Source: an uncultured Candidatus Rokubacteria bacterium (GTDB taxonomy: Bacteria > Methylomirabilota > Methylomirabilia > Rokubacteriales > CSP1-6). From it: a DNA stretch of 64,000 nt. The notes below the pieces were generated by a model. It was given only the letters and a program-made list of their open reading frames with translations, was not told the DNA's origin and searched no databases. Positions 1 through 9,878 of this stretch are shown one piece after another. Made by a program: the position numbers and the translations under genes. The stretch is taken from NCBI GenBank assembly GCA_963762145.1, contig CAVXJS010000007.1, positions 32,001-96,000 on the forward strand, in the 5' to 3' direction. How positions within the stretch are numbered: the stretch's first letter is position 1; each line of letters begins with the position of its first letter.

Positions 1-1866
1 GGCGGTGCCCTCGTTGACCTGGCCCAGGAAGCCCCCGCCCGCCGAGGCGAGCACGAGCCGCACCCCGGGGGCGGACGCGATCACTCCGGCCACCCGCTGC
101 ATGACCTCGTCCATGGCGGTCACGCTCACGTTCTGGGGAGCGGTGACCCGGACGTCGAACTCCGCCTCGTCCACGTCGGTCGGGATGTACTCCTGCCGCA
201 CGAGGCCGTACAGCGGTACCGTCGCCGCGATCACCAGGACGGCGATCAGGGCCACCGCGGTGCGGTGGCGCATGGAGCGGTCGAGCATCCACGCGTAGCC
301 CCGGTCGATCCAGGCGTAGAAGCCGCCGCGCGACGCCGCGACGTGCTTCCCGCGGTCGCCCGCCGCCGGCTCGTCGTGCGTGCGGGTCTCGGCGCGCAGC
401 AGCCGGGCGCTCATCATCGGGGTGAGGGTGAACGACACGAGCAGGGAGACCATCACCGCCACCGCCGCGGTGAGGCCAAACTGGTACAGGAAGCGGCCCG
501 AGATCGACGACATGAACGACACCGGCACGAAGATGACCACCAGGCTGAGGGTGGTGGCGAGCACCGCGAGGCCGATGTCGGCGGTGGCCGCGCGGGCCGC
601 CGCGAAGGGCTCCATCCGCTTCTCCTCGACGAAGCGGAAGATGTTCTCGAGCACCACGATCGCATCGTCGATGACGATACCCACCATGAGCACGAGGGCC
701 AGCATGGTGACGCTGTTGAGCGTGAAGTTGAGCGCCCACATCATGCCGAAGGCGGAGATCACGGAAGCGGGGATCGCCACCGCCGCGATCAGGGTGGAGC
801 GCCAGCTCCGCATGAAGGCGAGGACCACCAGCGACGCGAGGATGGCGCCCAGGATCAGATGCACGTTGATCTCGTGAAGCGCTGCGTAGATGTAGCGCGA
901 CTGGTCCCGGATCACCTCGAGCCGGACGCCGGGAGGCAGCTGCCCGACGATGCGGACGAGGTTGGCCTTGGCCGCCTCGATGACCGCGATCGTGTTAGCG
1001 CCGGATTGCCGCCGTACCTCCAGGGTCACGGTGGGGACGCCGTCGAGCCGCGCGATCGAGCGCTGCTCCTTGGTCCCGTCCTCGGCGTGGCCGATGTCGC
1101 GCACTCGGACCGCCACCCCGTTGATGGTGGCAAGGACCAGGTCGTCGAAGTCCTTCGGATCCAGCACCCGGCCCATCGTGCGCAGGGCGGCCTCGTGTGC
1201 GCCTTCGGTGACGTTGCCGCCGGGCAGGTCGGCGTTCTGGCGGACGATCGCGGCGCGTACTGCGGTGATCGGGATCTGGTAGGCGGCCAGGCGGTCGGCG
1301 TCGACCCAGACGCTGATGGCCCGCTCGAGGCCGCCCACGAGCCGCACCTCGCCGACCCCCGAGGAGCGCTCGAGCCGGACCTTCACCACCTTGTCGGCCA
1401 GCTCGGTCAGCTCCCGGAGCGGCCGGTCGCCCGCGAGCGCCACCGTCATCACCGGCGACGACTCGTTATCGGACTTGGAGATGATCGGCGCGAGGGTATC
1501 GCGCGGAAGATTTCGGATCACGGTGGCGACCTTGTCGCGGACGTCCTGGGTGGCCACGTCGATGTTCCGGGACAGCTCGAACGTGACGATCACCACCGAG
1601 TTGCCCGGGCCCGAGATCGATCGCAGCTCGCTGATGCCGGCCACCGTGTTCACGACCTCCTCGATCCGCTGGGAGACCTGGATCTCCATCTCCTCGGTGG
1701 AGGCGCCCGGCAGCGTGGTGCGCACCGTGACGGTGGGGAGATCGACGGCGGGAAAGCGGTCCACTCCGAGCCGGAAGTAACTGGCCGCCCCCACCACGAC
1801 GAGCGCGAGGACGAGCATCGTCGCGAAGACGGGGCGACGGATGCAGACCTCGGCGAGCTTCTGCAC
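1..1866 (-). CDS. RND efflux permease (AcrB/AcrD/AcrF family), runs off the window edge
   Basis: Reverse strand reads GTG-QKLAEVCIRRPVFATML..., with GIVIDDAIVVLENI and TTLSLVVIFVP motifs; absent from the ORF track because there is no stop in the window; directly downstream of the adaptor gene. Confidence 0.93.
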   Translation of the reverse strand, partial: MQKLAEVCIRRPVFATMLVLALVVVGAASYFRLGVDRFPAVDLPTVTVRTTLPGASTEEMEIQVSQRIEEVVNTVAGISELRSISGPGNSVVIVTFELSRNIDVATQDVRDKVATVIRNLPRDTLAPIISKSDNESSPVMTVALAGDRPLRELTELADKVVKVRLERSSGVGEVRLVGGLERAISVWVDADRLAAYQIPITAVRAAIVRQNADLPGGNVTEGAHEAALRTMGRVLDPKDFDDLVLATINGVAVRVRDIGHAEDGTKEQRSIARLDGVPTVTLEVRRQSGANTIAVIEAAKANLVRIVGQLPPGVRLEVIRDQSRYIYAALHEINVHLILGAILASLVVLAFMRSWRSTLIAAVAIPASVISAFGMMWALNFTLNSVTMLALVLMVGIVIDDAIVVLENIFRFVEEKRMEPFAAARAATADIGLAVLATTLSLVVIFVPVSFMSSISGRFLYQFGLTAAVAVMVSLLVSFTLTPMMSARLLRAETRTHDEPAAGDRGKHVAASRGGFYAWIDRGYAWMLDRSMRHRTAVALIAVLVIAATVPLYGLVRQEYIPTDVDEAEFDVRVTAPQNVSVTAMDEVMQRVAGVIASAPGVRLVLASAGGGFLGQVNEGTA

Positions 1867-1867
1867 G

Positions 1868-3103
1868 TCAGGGGCTCGCGGTGACGGGCACGCCGGGCGC
1901 GACGCCGCCGGGCCGGACGATGACCGGCTCGCCGGGGGCGAGGCCGGAGAGGATCTCGAGGCGATCGCCGCTGCGGCGGCCGGTGGTCACCTGCTTCTCG
2001 ACCGCACGCCCGTCCTTGACCACCATTACCTTTTCAATTCCCGCGAACGTGATGATGGCCTCCGCGGGCACCGTGACGAGGCGGCGGTCCGGCTGCACGA
2101 CGATCTCCGCGCGGGCGAAGGCGCCCGGGCGCAGCCGGCCCTGCTCGTTGGGGATCTCGGCCTCGATCATGAGCGCCCGGTTCTGCTCGCTGATCGCGGG
2201 CGCCAGCCGGGCCACCCGGCCCTCGTACACCGTCGGATCGGTCTCGAGGGTGAGCCGAACGAGCTGGCCTTGCCGGATCGCGCCCGTCTCGCGCTCGGGC
2301 ACCGCGAGGCGGAGCCGGAGCGGGTTGATGCGCACCAGCGTGGCCACCGGCGCGCCGGCGTTCAGGAACTCGCCCACCGCGGCCTGGCGCGCGTTCATGG
2401 CCCCGTCGATCGGTGCCCGCAGCACGGTGTCCGCGAGCTGTTGCCGGGCCAGCTCGAGCTCGGTGCGCTTCTCGGCGAGGATGCCCAGCCGGTTGTTCAC
2501 TTCCTCGACCGCGTCGTGGTAGCGGCTCTCCGCGACCTTGGCGGCCGCCTCGGCGGTGTCGAGCTCGGCCCGCGCGATGAACTGCTGCTCCAGCAGCTTG
2601 ACCCGCCGATCGCGGGTGAGCAGCGCCTCGTCGAGCACCGCCTGGGCCTGCCGGACGAGGGGGGTCTTCGCGGGATCCACCCGATCGCTCCCGCCGTCCG
2701 CCGGCAGGCCGAGCCGCGCCCGCGCCTGCTGGATGGCGTTCTCCACGAGCTGCACCCGGAGCCGGAAGTCGGTGGGATCGAGGCGCGCGACCACGTCGCC
2801 CTGCTTCACGCGGGTGCCCAGGTCCACCGTGATCTCCGCGAGCCGGCCCGCGACCTTCATCCCCAGCACGATCTGCTCCTCGGCCGCGAGCGTGCCCGAG
2901 GCCACGACCACACCGGCCGCGCGCTCTTCCATGGCGGGGACGACCCGGACCGACGTGGTCTTCTCGGGGGTCGCGGCGCCCGCCGTCCCCGAAGGGGGAG
3001 CCTTCGCGGTGCTCGTCGTCGGGTAGTCGCTGCCGCAGCCGATCAGGAGCGTGAGGGCCAGCAGCGTGGCGGGAGCGGCGGTCAGGTTCCGGATAGTCGT
3101 CAT
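1868..3103 (-). CDS. RND efflux periplasmic adaptor (membrane fusion protein), probable lipoprotein
   Basis: LLIGC lipobox-like signal, VDLGTRVKQGDVVARLD, LRAPIDG, LRPGAFARAEI, GLAPGEPVI. Confidence 0.92.
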   Translation of the reverse strand: MTTIRNLTAAPATLLALTLLIGCGSDYPTTSTAKAPPSGTAGAATPEKTTSVRVVPAMEERAAGVVVASGTLAAEEQIVLGMKVAGRLAEITVDLGTRVKQGDVVARLDPTDFRLRVQLVENAIQQARARLGLPADGGSDRVDPAKTPLVRQAQAVLDEALLTRDRRVKLLEQQFIARAELDTAEAAAKVAESRYHDAVEEVNNRLGILAEKRTELELARQQLADTVLRAPIDGAMNARQAAVGEFLNAGAPVATLVRINPLRLRLAVPERETGAIRQGQLVRLTLETDPTVYEGRVARLAPAISEQNRALMIEAEIPNEQGRLRPGAFARAEIVVQPDRRLVTVPAEAIITFAGIEKVMVVKDGRAVEKQVTTGRRSGDRLEILSGLAPGEPVIVRPGGVAPGVPVTASP

Positions 3104-3224
3104 GGGGAGATACCCCATGGTCTCATGGGAGGAGGCTCACCCTTCAGTGACGGGCGGCCGCGGCCGGATATTCTCCCGCGCTCACCAGCGCGTCAAGCGG
3201 CGGCTGCGCCGGCTCGACCGGCCA

Positions 3225-3557
3225 CTATCGCCAGCCGCGGCGGCCATGCTCCGGCGCGCGGGTGGGTGTGGCCACCTGGACCGCGATGTTGCGGAGGAAC
3301 ATGACGGCCATGCTGTCCGACTCCACGCGCCACACGACCCCGGAGACCTCCATCATGGGCCCGTCCGGCGGCTGGAACTGCAGGTCGACGGGCGTCCCGG
3401 GCTGGATGTCCCGGCGTGGCCTGAGTCGGGCACCGTTGGCGCTCAGGTCCACGGTGTGGCAGCGGAGCCGGGTCTTGCCGACCGAGACCCAGGCAGTCCA
3501 CGAGACGTTCTTCCGGACGTGAAGTCGGCGGGTGGCGGAACGGGTAGAGGTATCCAT
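3225..3557 (-). CDS. Single-domain PilZ protein (c-di-GMP receptor)
   Basis: RLHVR (RxxxR) and DLSANG (DxSxxG) motifs. Confidence 0.85.
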   Translation of the reverse strand: MDTSTRSATRRLHVRKNVSWTAWVSVGKTRLRCHTVDLSANGARLRPRRDIQPGTPVDLQFQPPDGPMMEVSGVVWRVESDSMAVMFLRNIAVQVATPTRAPEHGRRGWR

Positions 3558-3573
3558 GGTTGCCAGATGCTTG

Positions 3574-3589
3574 AGCAAGCAGCGGGCCA
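3574..3589 (-). promoter_or_regulatory. Putative sigma54 promoter of the PilZ gene
   Basis: TGGCCC-GCTGC-TTGCT matches TGGCAC-N5-TTGC(A/T) with exact GG-N10-GC spacing. Confidence 0.6.
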
Positions 3590-3770
3590 GTCGCCTCGCC
3601 AAGGAAACCCGCCTGAATCCAGGGTTTGGCGTCATCGAGGGAGCGGGCAGGTTCCCATCGTGGTCACCGCGCGGCTCAAATCTTGGCAGGCCACGGGATG
3701 GTTGACAGCGGGCGGGCCACGGCGCAGCATCGGGGCCGCGTAAAATCTACCGCTGCGAGGAGACGCCCGG

Positions 3771-4958
3771 ATGAGCAAGACACGCCCAGAGTGGAGCCAG
3801 GAGATCACCAGGCGCGCGGACGATCTGATCGCGCTCCGGCGCGACTTCCACCGTCATCCCGAGCTGAGCCATCAGGAGCGGCGCACTGCGGAGATCATCG
3901 CGGAGCGTCTCCACGCGGCGAAGCTGGACGTGCGGACCGGCGTCGGCGGCACCGGGGTAGTGGGGGTGCTCCACGGCGACCGGCCGGGGCCGACCATCGC
4001 GTGGCGCGCCGACATCGACGCGCTGCCGCTCACCGAGCTGCTCGAGGCGCCCTTCACCTCCGGCACGCCGGGCGTGATGCACGCGTGCGGGCACGACGGC
4101 CACACCGCGATCGCGATCACGATGGCGGACATCCTGGCCGCGCGGCGCGCGGAGATGTCCGGGACCGCGGTGTTCCTCTTCCAGCCGGCCGAGGAAGTGC
4201 TGGGCGGCGCGCGGCCGATGATCGAGGCGGGGGCGCTCGACAACCCGCGGGTGGAGGAGATCTACGGCCTGCACCTCACGACCCAGCAGCCGGTCGGCCA
4301 GGTCCAGGTGCGCCCGGGCCCGTCCATGGCCTCGGCGGACGCGTTCACCGTCGAGGTGCGGGGCAGCGGTGGTCACGGCGCGATGCCGCATCTCTCCGTG
4401 GATCCCATCACCGCCGCCGCGAGCATCCTGCTCGGCATGCAGGCCCTCATCTCGCGCGAGGTCCCGGCCCAGGACACCGCGGTGCTCACGGTGGGGCAGA
4501 TCGTGTCCGGCACCAAGGGCAACATCATCCCGGACTCGCGCGATCATGCGGGGCACCATCCGCGCCTTCGAGCCGTCGGTGCGGGATCACCTCGTCGACC
4601 GGCTCGGCGCCTTCGCCGCCGATATCGCGAAGGCCTACCGCGCGGAGGCGACACGCGCTTCGACGGCGGCTCGTGCCCGGCGGTGGTGAATCACGCGAAG
4701 GAGACGGAGTTCGTGCGGGCGTGCGCGGTGGACGAGGTCGGGGGCGAGGCGGTGACCGACGGCCGCGTGGTCATGGCCAGCGACGACATGAGCCTCTTCC
4801 TGCGCGAGCGCCCGGGCTGCTACTTCCGGGTCGGCATCGGCTCCGCGACCGGCGCGGCCCGGCCGCACCACGCGCCGGAGTTCGAGATGAACGAGGCGGG
4901 CCTCCCGGTGGCGCTGCGCGTCGGACTGTCCGTGATGCGCGCCGCGCTGGCGCGCTGA
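3771..4958 (+). CDS. M20D family amidohydrolase; compensating frameshifts around 4540-4655
   Basis: RRDFHRHPELS, RADIDALP, MHACGHDGH, FQPAEE, GGHGAMPH, HHAPEFEMNE. Confidence 0.92.
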   Translation: MSKTRPEWSQEITRRADDLIALRRDFHRHPELSHQERRTAEIIAERLHAAKLDVRTGVGGTGVVGVLHGDRPGPTIAWRADIDALPLTELLEAPFTSGTPGVMHACGHDGHTAIAITMADILAARRAEMSGTAVFLFQPAEEVLGGARPMIEAGALDNPRVEEIYGLHLTTQQPVGQVQVRPGPSMASADAFTVEVRGSGGHGAMPHLSVDPITAAASILLGMQALISREVPAQDTAVLTVGQIVSGTKGNIIPDSRDHAGHHPRLRAVGAGSPRRPARRLRRRYREGLPRGGDTRFDGGSCPAVVNHAKETEFVRACAVDEVGGEAVTDGRVVMASDDMSLFLRERPGCYFRVGIGSATGAARPHHAPEFEMNEAGLPVALRVGLSVMRAALAR

Positions 4959-4974
4959 GCCGCGGCGCGCTGCC

Positions 4975-5742
4975 ATGGGCCGGCTCGGGGGGAAGGTGGC
5001 GGCGATCACCGGGGGGGCCTCCGGGATCGGCGAGGCGACTGCGCGGCGCCTCGCCGAGGAGGGTGCGCACGTGGCCCTCGCGGACATCGACGCGGAGCGG
5101 GGCCGCGTGGTGGCCGACGAGATCCGCGCCACCGGCGCCCGCGCGATCTTCGTGGAGACGCACACCGAGCGCGAGGCCGAGTGCGTCCGCTTCATCCGGG
5201 CCGCCCACGCGGAGATGGGTCGCCTGGACATCCTCGTCAACAACGCGGGGATGCGGCTCTACCAGACGGTGGTGGACGCGAGCGAGGAGAGCTGGGACGC
5301 GATCCTGGCCGTGAACGTGAAGGGCTACGCCTTCTGCGCGAAGGCGGCGATCCCCCTGATGCGCCAGACCGGGGGCGGCAGCATCGTCAACGTGGCCTCG
5401 ATCCGCTCGGTGGTCGCGGGCGGCAACATGGTGCAGTACGACACCACCAAGGCCGCGGTGGCGGGCCTGACCCGCGCGATGGCCCTCGACCACGCGGGCG
5501 AGGGGATCCGGGTGAATGCGGTGTGCCCGGGCCCGATCTTCACGCGCTTCCACGAGCGCCGGGCCACCACCGCCGGGAAGACCTTCGAGGAGTTCCGGAC
5601 CGCGTTCGGCCGCGGCACCATGCTGGGACGGCCCGGGACGCCGGCCGAGGTTGCGGCGTGCATCCTCTTCCTCGCGTCGGACGACGCCTCCTACGTCACC
5701 GGCACGTCGCTCTACGTGGACGGCGGCCAGGTCTCCCTCTAG
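4975..5742 (+). CDS. SDR family oxidoreductase
   Basis: TGGASGIG, NNAG, YDTTK (YxxxK), IRVNAVCPG. Confidence 0.95.
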   Translation: MGRLGGKVAAITGGASGIGEATARRLAEEGAHVALADIDAERGRVVADEIRATGARAIFVETHTEREAECVRFIRAAHAEMGRLDILVNNAGMRLYQTVVDASEESWDAILAVNVKGYAFCAKAAIPLMRQTGGGSIVNVASIRSVVAGGNMVQYDTTKAAVAGLTRAMALDHAGEGIRVNAVCPGPIFTRFHERRATTAGKTFEEFRTAFGRGTMLGRPGTPAEVAACILFLASDDASYVTGTSLYVDGGQVSL

Positions 5743-6792
5743 TTCGCGCCCGGCCCTGACAGGAACCCGGGTGCCGCCCCGATCGCGGCGGGCTCGGAGG
5801 GGTCCCAGGCGCGCAGACCGTCCACCGTCGCCCCCACCACGCGGGCCTTCACCGGCTCCTGACCGTTCACGGTCTGCGTGATGCGCGTGAAGAGCCGCTC
5901 GCCGGGCCGCGCCTCCCCGCGGATGTCCTGCCGGTAGGCGGAGAAGCCGGCGTAGCGTCCGGTGATGCGCGCGGTGAACGCTCCCGCGCCGGTGCCGGTC
6001 AGGATCAGCGTGTAGGGGCCCTCGTGGCCGCCCGGCACTTCCACGAGCCAGCGCTGCCCGCCCTTCGCCTCGGTGAGCGAGCCGAAGACCTGGTTGACCT
6101 CGACGTCGGGCGCGAGGAATCCCGCGGCCTGGCTCCCGTCGGGCATGCGCACCAGCGGCACCACCGGCCCCGTGGTCCGGACCTCGAGCGTGCTCGCGCT
6201 CGGCGCGAAGGGTTCGGCCGTCACCGCCGCGGCGAAGCGCGCCCGTGCGCGCTGCCCGGCCACCAGGACCGTGTCGGTCTGGCCGCTCTTGTCGGTGAGC
6301 CAGAGCGTGCCGCGCCGTGTCCAGCACACGAAGGTGCCGGCCGACTGCTCGGCGCCGATCAGCCCGTCGTGGGCGGTCGCGGTGTAGTCGTTGGACTCGA
6401 GCGTGAGGCGTCGAGCGACTGCCCGCCGCCTGCACCACGCGGGCCCACACGCGGCCGGTGTGGATCAGCATGCGAATCCCCGCCGCCTTGGCGCGGCCGG
6501 TCGGCGCCTGCTTCACCGTGATCTCGGTATCGGAGAGCAGGGTGACCGTGCTGCCGTTCAGGAACGTGATGAGCGCGGCGCCCCCGGCGCCGGTGCGGAT
6601 GCGGTCGCCCTCGGCCAGGTTCATCCCGGTGACGCCGGGCTCGGGCGCGTTCGCGTCGCCCCCGACGCGCTCCACCGGCGCGGTCAGCACGCTGAGCGTT
6701 GCGGTCACGGCGCCCTGAGCCATTCCCGAGGACGGGATCAGGAGGGGGGTCATCAGGACCATCGCCATCACGCTCTGCCGGTGCCACGTCAT
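5739..6792 (-). CDS. Secreted FecR-domain protein; frameshift around 6410
   Basis: Signal peptide, then LAEGDRIRTGAGGAALITFLNGSTVTL (FecR domain); continues into ORF 5739..6329; AAGGAGG RBS. Confidence 0.72.
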
Positions 6793-6842
6793 CGTGCGCC
6801 TCCTTGGTTCGGGGGTGAGCCGGATGGACGGAGCCTGTGGGG

Positions 6843-6858
6843 AGCAAGCGGCGCGCCA
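6843..6858 (-). promoter_or_regulatory. Putative sigma54 promoter of the FecR-domain gene
   Basis: TGGCGC-GCCGC-TTGCT. Confidence 0.6.
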
Positions 6859-6964
6859 GGCCTGGCCGCGGGATAAGTGGTCGTCCTGCTTGTGCTCTTC
6901 CGACGTCGCCGGGCAACACGCCCGAAGCGGAGATGGCAGTCCGCCCGGACGTCGCGAGGGGCTG

Positions 6965-7837
6965 CTACGCGCGCGGCACCTCGCGCACCGTGCCGGGCAG
7001 GCCGGTGCTCCCCGTGTTGAGGCCGGCCTTCCGCAGCAGGCGGCTGCCCGCGTCGTGGCCGAAGAGATCCGGACCCTGCGCGGTCAGCCCTCCGTCCACC
7101 ACGATCACCTGGCCGGTGATGAAGCGAGATTCCTCGCCGGCCAGGAAGAGCGCGGTGTCGGCGATGTGCTGCGGCAGACCGGGCTCCGGCCACGGCTGCT
7201 TCTCCTGCACCAGCCGGTCCCAGGCCTCTTCCCGATGGCCGGTGGCGAGCGGAGTCCGGATCATGCCCGGGGCGATCGCGTTGACCCGGATGCGGTGGGC
7301 GGCCAGCTCCGTGGACACCGAGCGGGTGAGGTTGGCCACCGCCGCCTTGGCCGCGGAGTAGGCGTGCGGGCCGGCCCCGCCGCCGAGGCCCGCGATCGAC
7401 GCGGTGTTGATGATGCTGCCGCCGCGGCCCTGCGCTCGCATGCGACTCGACGCGTGCTTGACGCCGAGGAACACGCCGCGCACCAGCACCGCGAAGGTGA
7501 AGTCCCATTCCTCCGTGGTGGTCTCGCCGATGGGCCCGAAGGCGCCGCCGACGCCCGCGTTGTTGAAGATGCAGTCGAGGCCCTGGAAGCGCTGGACCGC
7601 GAGGGCGACGAGGCCCGCGACGTGGAGCTCCGTCGAGACGTCTCCGTGGAGCACGGCCAGCCCACCGTCCTGGTCCTGCGCGCGGGCGAGCGCGACGGTC
7701 TCGGCGAGCCCCGCCTCGTTCAGGTCGCCGATCACCACCCGGGCCCCCTCGCGAAGAAACGTGAGCGCGGCGGCGCGGCCGATGCCGCTGCCGCCCCCGG
7801 TGATGATCGCGACCTTGCCGTCGAGGCGCCCGCTCAC
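6965..7837 (-). CDS. SDR family oxidoreductase
   Basis: TGGGSGIG, NNAG, YSAAK, IRVNAIAPG; GTG start chosen. Confidence 0.93.
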   Translation of the reverse strand: MSGRLDGKVAIITGGGSGIGRAAALTFLREGARVVIGDLNEAGLAETVALARAQDQDGGLAVLHGDVSTELHVAGLVALAVQRFQGLDCIFNNAGVGGAFGPIGETTTEEWDFTFAVLVRGVFLGVKHASSRMRAQGRGGSIINTASIAGLGGGAGPHAYSAAKAAVANLTRSVSTELAAHRIRVNAIAPGMIRTPLATGHREEAWDRLVQEKQPWPEPGLPQHIADTALFLAGEESRFITGQVIVVDGGLTAQGPDLFGHDAGSRLLRKAGLNTGSTGLPGTVREVPRA

Positions 7838-7848
7838 CGCGCCGCCCG

Positions 7849-8427
7849 CTAGCCGCGCGGCTTCACCCAGGTCTCGGACCAGGCCAGGGTCGCGCTGCTG
7901 CCCTGGCGATCGCCCCGCATCTCCGCCCACACGTTGCCCGACGCCACCTTACCGTTGATCTCGAGCTGGGCCGCGCGCGCCGGGAAGAACGTGCTGAAGA
8001 CGCCGATCGGCCGGTCGTTGAAGCCGGGAGGCGCGTTGAGCACGAAGGGCTCGATGCAGTCGTACCAGCTCATCGTGACCCGCGCGTCCACCGACAGGAC
8101 CGACTCGGTCGCGCTCGACCAGGGGCCGCCCTGCCGCTCGAAGCGTGCGTTGATCACCGGGATGGATGTGTCCGCGAAGGCGGGGAAGAGCAGGGTCTCG
8201 ATGGACTTCTGCAGCCAGCGCGCCACCGCGATGTTGTCGCTGTAGATGCGGACCCGCCCGTCGGTGAGCGTGCTCTGGAGGAACAGCGCGTGGCCGCCGC
8301 CCGCCGGGCACCACAGCACCCGCCAGTGGCTCGCGCGGTCGGACAGCGTCTTGCCGCCGTCGGGGCTCAGCCGGATGAAGGAGTTCTCGCCGGTCATCAT
8401 CACCTCGTTCGGGTCAACTGGCGGCAT
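7849..8427 (-). CDS. Hypothetical protein, probably co-transcribed with the SDR
   Basis: AGGAG RBS, start MPPVDPNEVMMTGENSFIRL, normal codon bias; no family recognised. Confidence 0.75.
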   Translation of the reverse strand: MPPVDPNEVMMTGENSFIRLSPDGGKTLSDRASHWRVLWCPAGGGHALFLQSTLTDGRVRIYSDNIAVARWLQKSIETLLFPAFADTSIPVINARFERQGGPWSSATESVLSVDARVTMSWYDCIEPFVLNAPPGFNDRPIGVFSTFFPARAAQLEINGKVASGNVWAEMRGDRQGSSATLAWSETWVKPRG

Positions 8428-8560
8428 CGGTCGTCTCCTGTGAGTGGGGTGTGCGGCCTGATGAAGATACGGGCGAAGCGGGCCCGGGGCAAGGGGCAGG
8501 CGCTCACTCACCACCAGAGGGTACGAGCCGCGCCGGCCTTCCGCGCGGCGGGCGGGGGAT

Positions 8561-9058
8561 CTAGTCCAGGACCTCGCCGCTGTCGGTCACCTGATTGCCG
8601 CCCCGGTGCGCGGCCTGCTCCAGGAGTGTCAGCGCCTGGGACAGGAGGGCGGCGTCGGTGTGACCGTCTTGCGGGAACGAGACCTTCCCCACGCTGACCG
8701 TGAGGCGCTGGGGCGCCCCGTCGGAGCTCTCCCGGAACGCGACCTGCTCGATGTTGGTGCGGATCCGCTCCGCGACTCGCAGGGCGTCCTCGCCGGCGGT
8801 GTGCAGCAGGATGATCGCGATGGCCGACGAGAGCTGCCCGACCAGGTCGGTTTCTCGCACGAACTCGGGGACCTTCTTGGTGACGGCCCGCTCGACTTCC
8901 TCCGAGATGGGTCGTTGATCGGCGGGCTCGTCCGGCCGCAAGAGGCAGACCGAGAAGAAGTCCTGGTACCGGGTGGCCCGCAGCGCCTCCCGGTTCAGGA
9001 GATGGAGGAAGGCCTCTTCGTGGAAAACTTGCGTCTCGCTATCCATGAACTCGGCCAT
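8561..9058 (-). CDS. Degenerate stand-alone GGDEF-domain protein
   Basis: REALRATRY, RETD (RxxD I-site), AERIR, LTVSVG, GGNQV; GGDEF motif replaced by LSSAI. Confidence 0.78.
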   Translation of the reverse strand: MAEFMDSETQVFHEEAFLHLLNREALRATRYQDFFSVCLLRPDEPADQRPISEEVERAVTKKVPEFVRETDLVGQLSSAIAIILLHTAGEDALRVAERIRTNIEQVAFRESSDGAPQRLTVSVGKVSFPQDGHTDAALLSQALTLLEQAAHRGGNQVTDSGEVLD

Positions 9059-9254
9059 GAGATGCCCCCTTACGACGATCATGTTACTCCGGGAGGTTCG
9101 TGATCCCATCGAACTACGGAGATCCGGGCAGAATACGCAAAGATACGGATGGGCAGTTCGGGGCCTGGGAGGCCGGTGGGGCGGAGCTTCGCGTTTTCGG
9201 CCGTTCCGCAGCCCCCGCCGACTATGAGATAGTGCTGCGCCGGGAGGCCCCACG

Positions 9255-9878
9255 ATGAGCCCACATGCCCTCTACCTGGTCCGGATGGACGTCGCCCACG
9301 ACCTCGAGCCCACGTTCAACGACGTGTACGACAAGGAGCACCTGCCGCTGCTCCAGGCGGTGCCCGGCATCGTCCGGGGCTCCCGCTATCGCCAGCCCTC
9401 GCCGACCGAGCCGCGCTACCTCGCGGCCTACGAGCTCACGAGCGCGGCCGTGCTCCAGAGCGCCGCAGTGGAAGACGGCGGGCGAGGCGGGCCGCTGGCC
9501 CAGGGAGATCCGCCCGCGCACGATGAACCGGCATCTCGCCGCCTACGAGTGGGTGGGGTCGAGCCCGGCGCTGACGTACCGGACGCCCTACATCTTCTGG
9601 GTCATGATGGACATCGAGCCCCATCGCGAGGCGCTGTTCAACGAGCTCTACGACGCCGAGCACGTGCCGCTCCTGCTCAAGCTGCCCGGCTGCGTGAACG
9701 TGGTCCGCTACCGGACCGAGACGCCGGGCGAGCCGCGCTACCTGGCGGCCTACGAGGTGGACCGGCCGACCTGCCGATGTCCAAGCTCTGGAACGACACG
9801 TCCGACATCGGCCGCTGGAAGCCCGAGGTGCGGCCGTACACCTACAACAAGAAGTACATCGTGAGCGAGCGCATCTGA
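9255..9878 (+). CDS. Tandem EthD/DUF4286-like protein; two compensating frameshifts
   Basis: Two repeats of M-D-(V/I)...FN(D/E)xYDxEHxPLL...PG...RY...PRYLAAYE...GRW...RP. Confidence 0.75.
   Translation: MSPHALYLVRMDVAHDLEPTFNDVYDKEHLPLLQAVPGIVRGSRYRQPSPTEPRYLAAYELTSAAVLQSAAVEDGGRGGPLAQGDPPAHDEPASRRLRVGGVEPGADVPDALHLLGHDGHRAPSRGAVQRALRRRARAAPAQAARLRERGPLPDRDAGRAALPGGLRGGPADLPMSKLWNDTSDIGRWKPEVRPYTYNKKYIVSERI

Noticed and set aside
265-3304. Long plus-strand ORFs of 539 and 487 aa, and similar antisense ORFs throughout
   Set aside because: Shadow frames of real genes in high-GC DNA; Arg/Gly/Pro/His-rich with no motifs.
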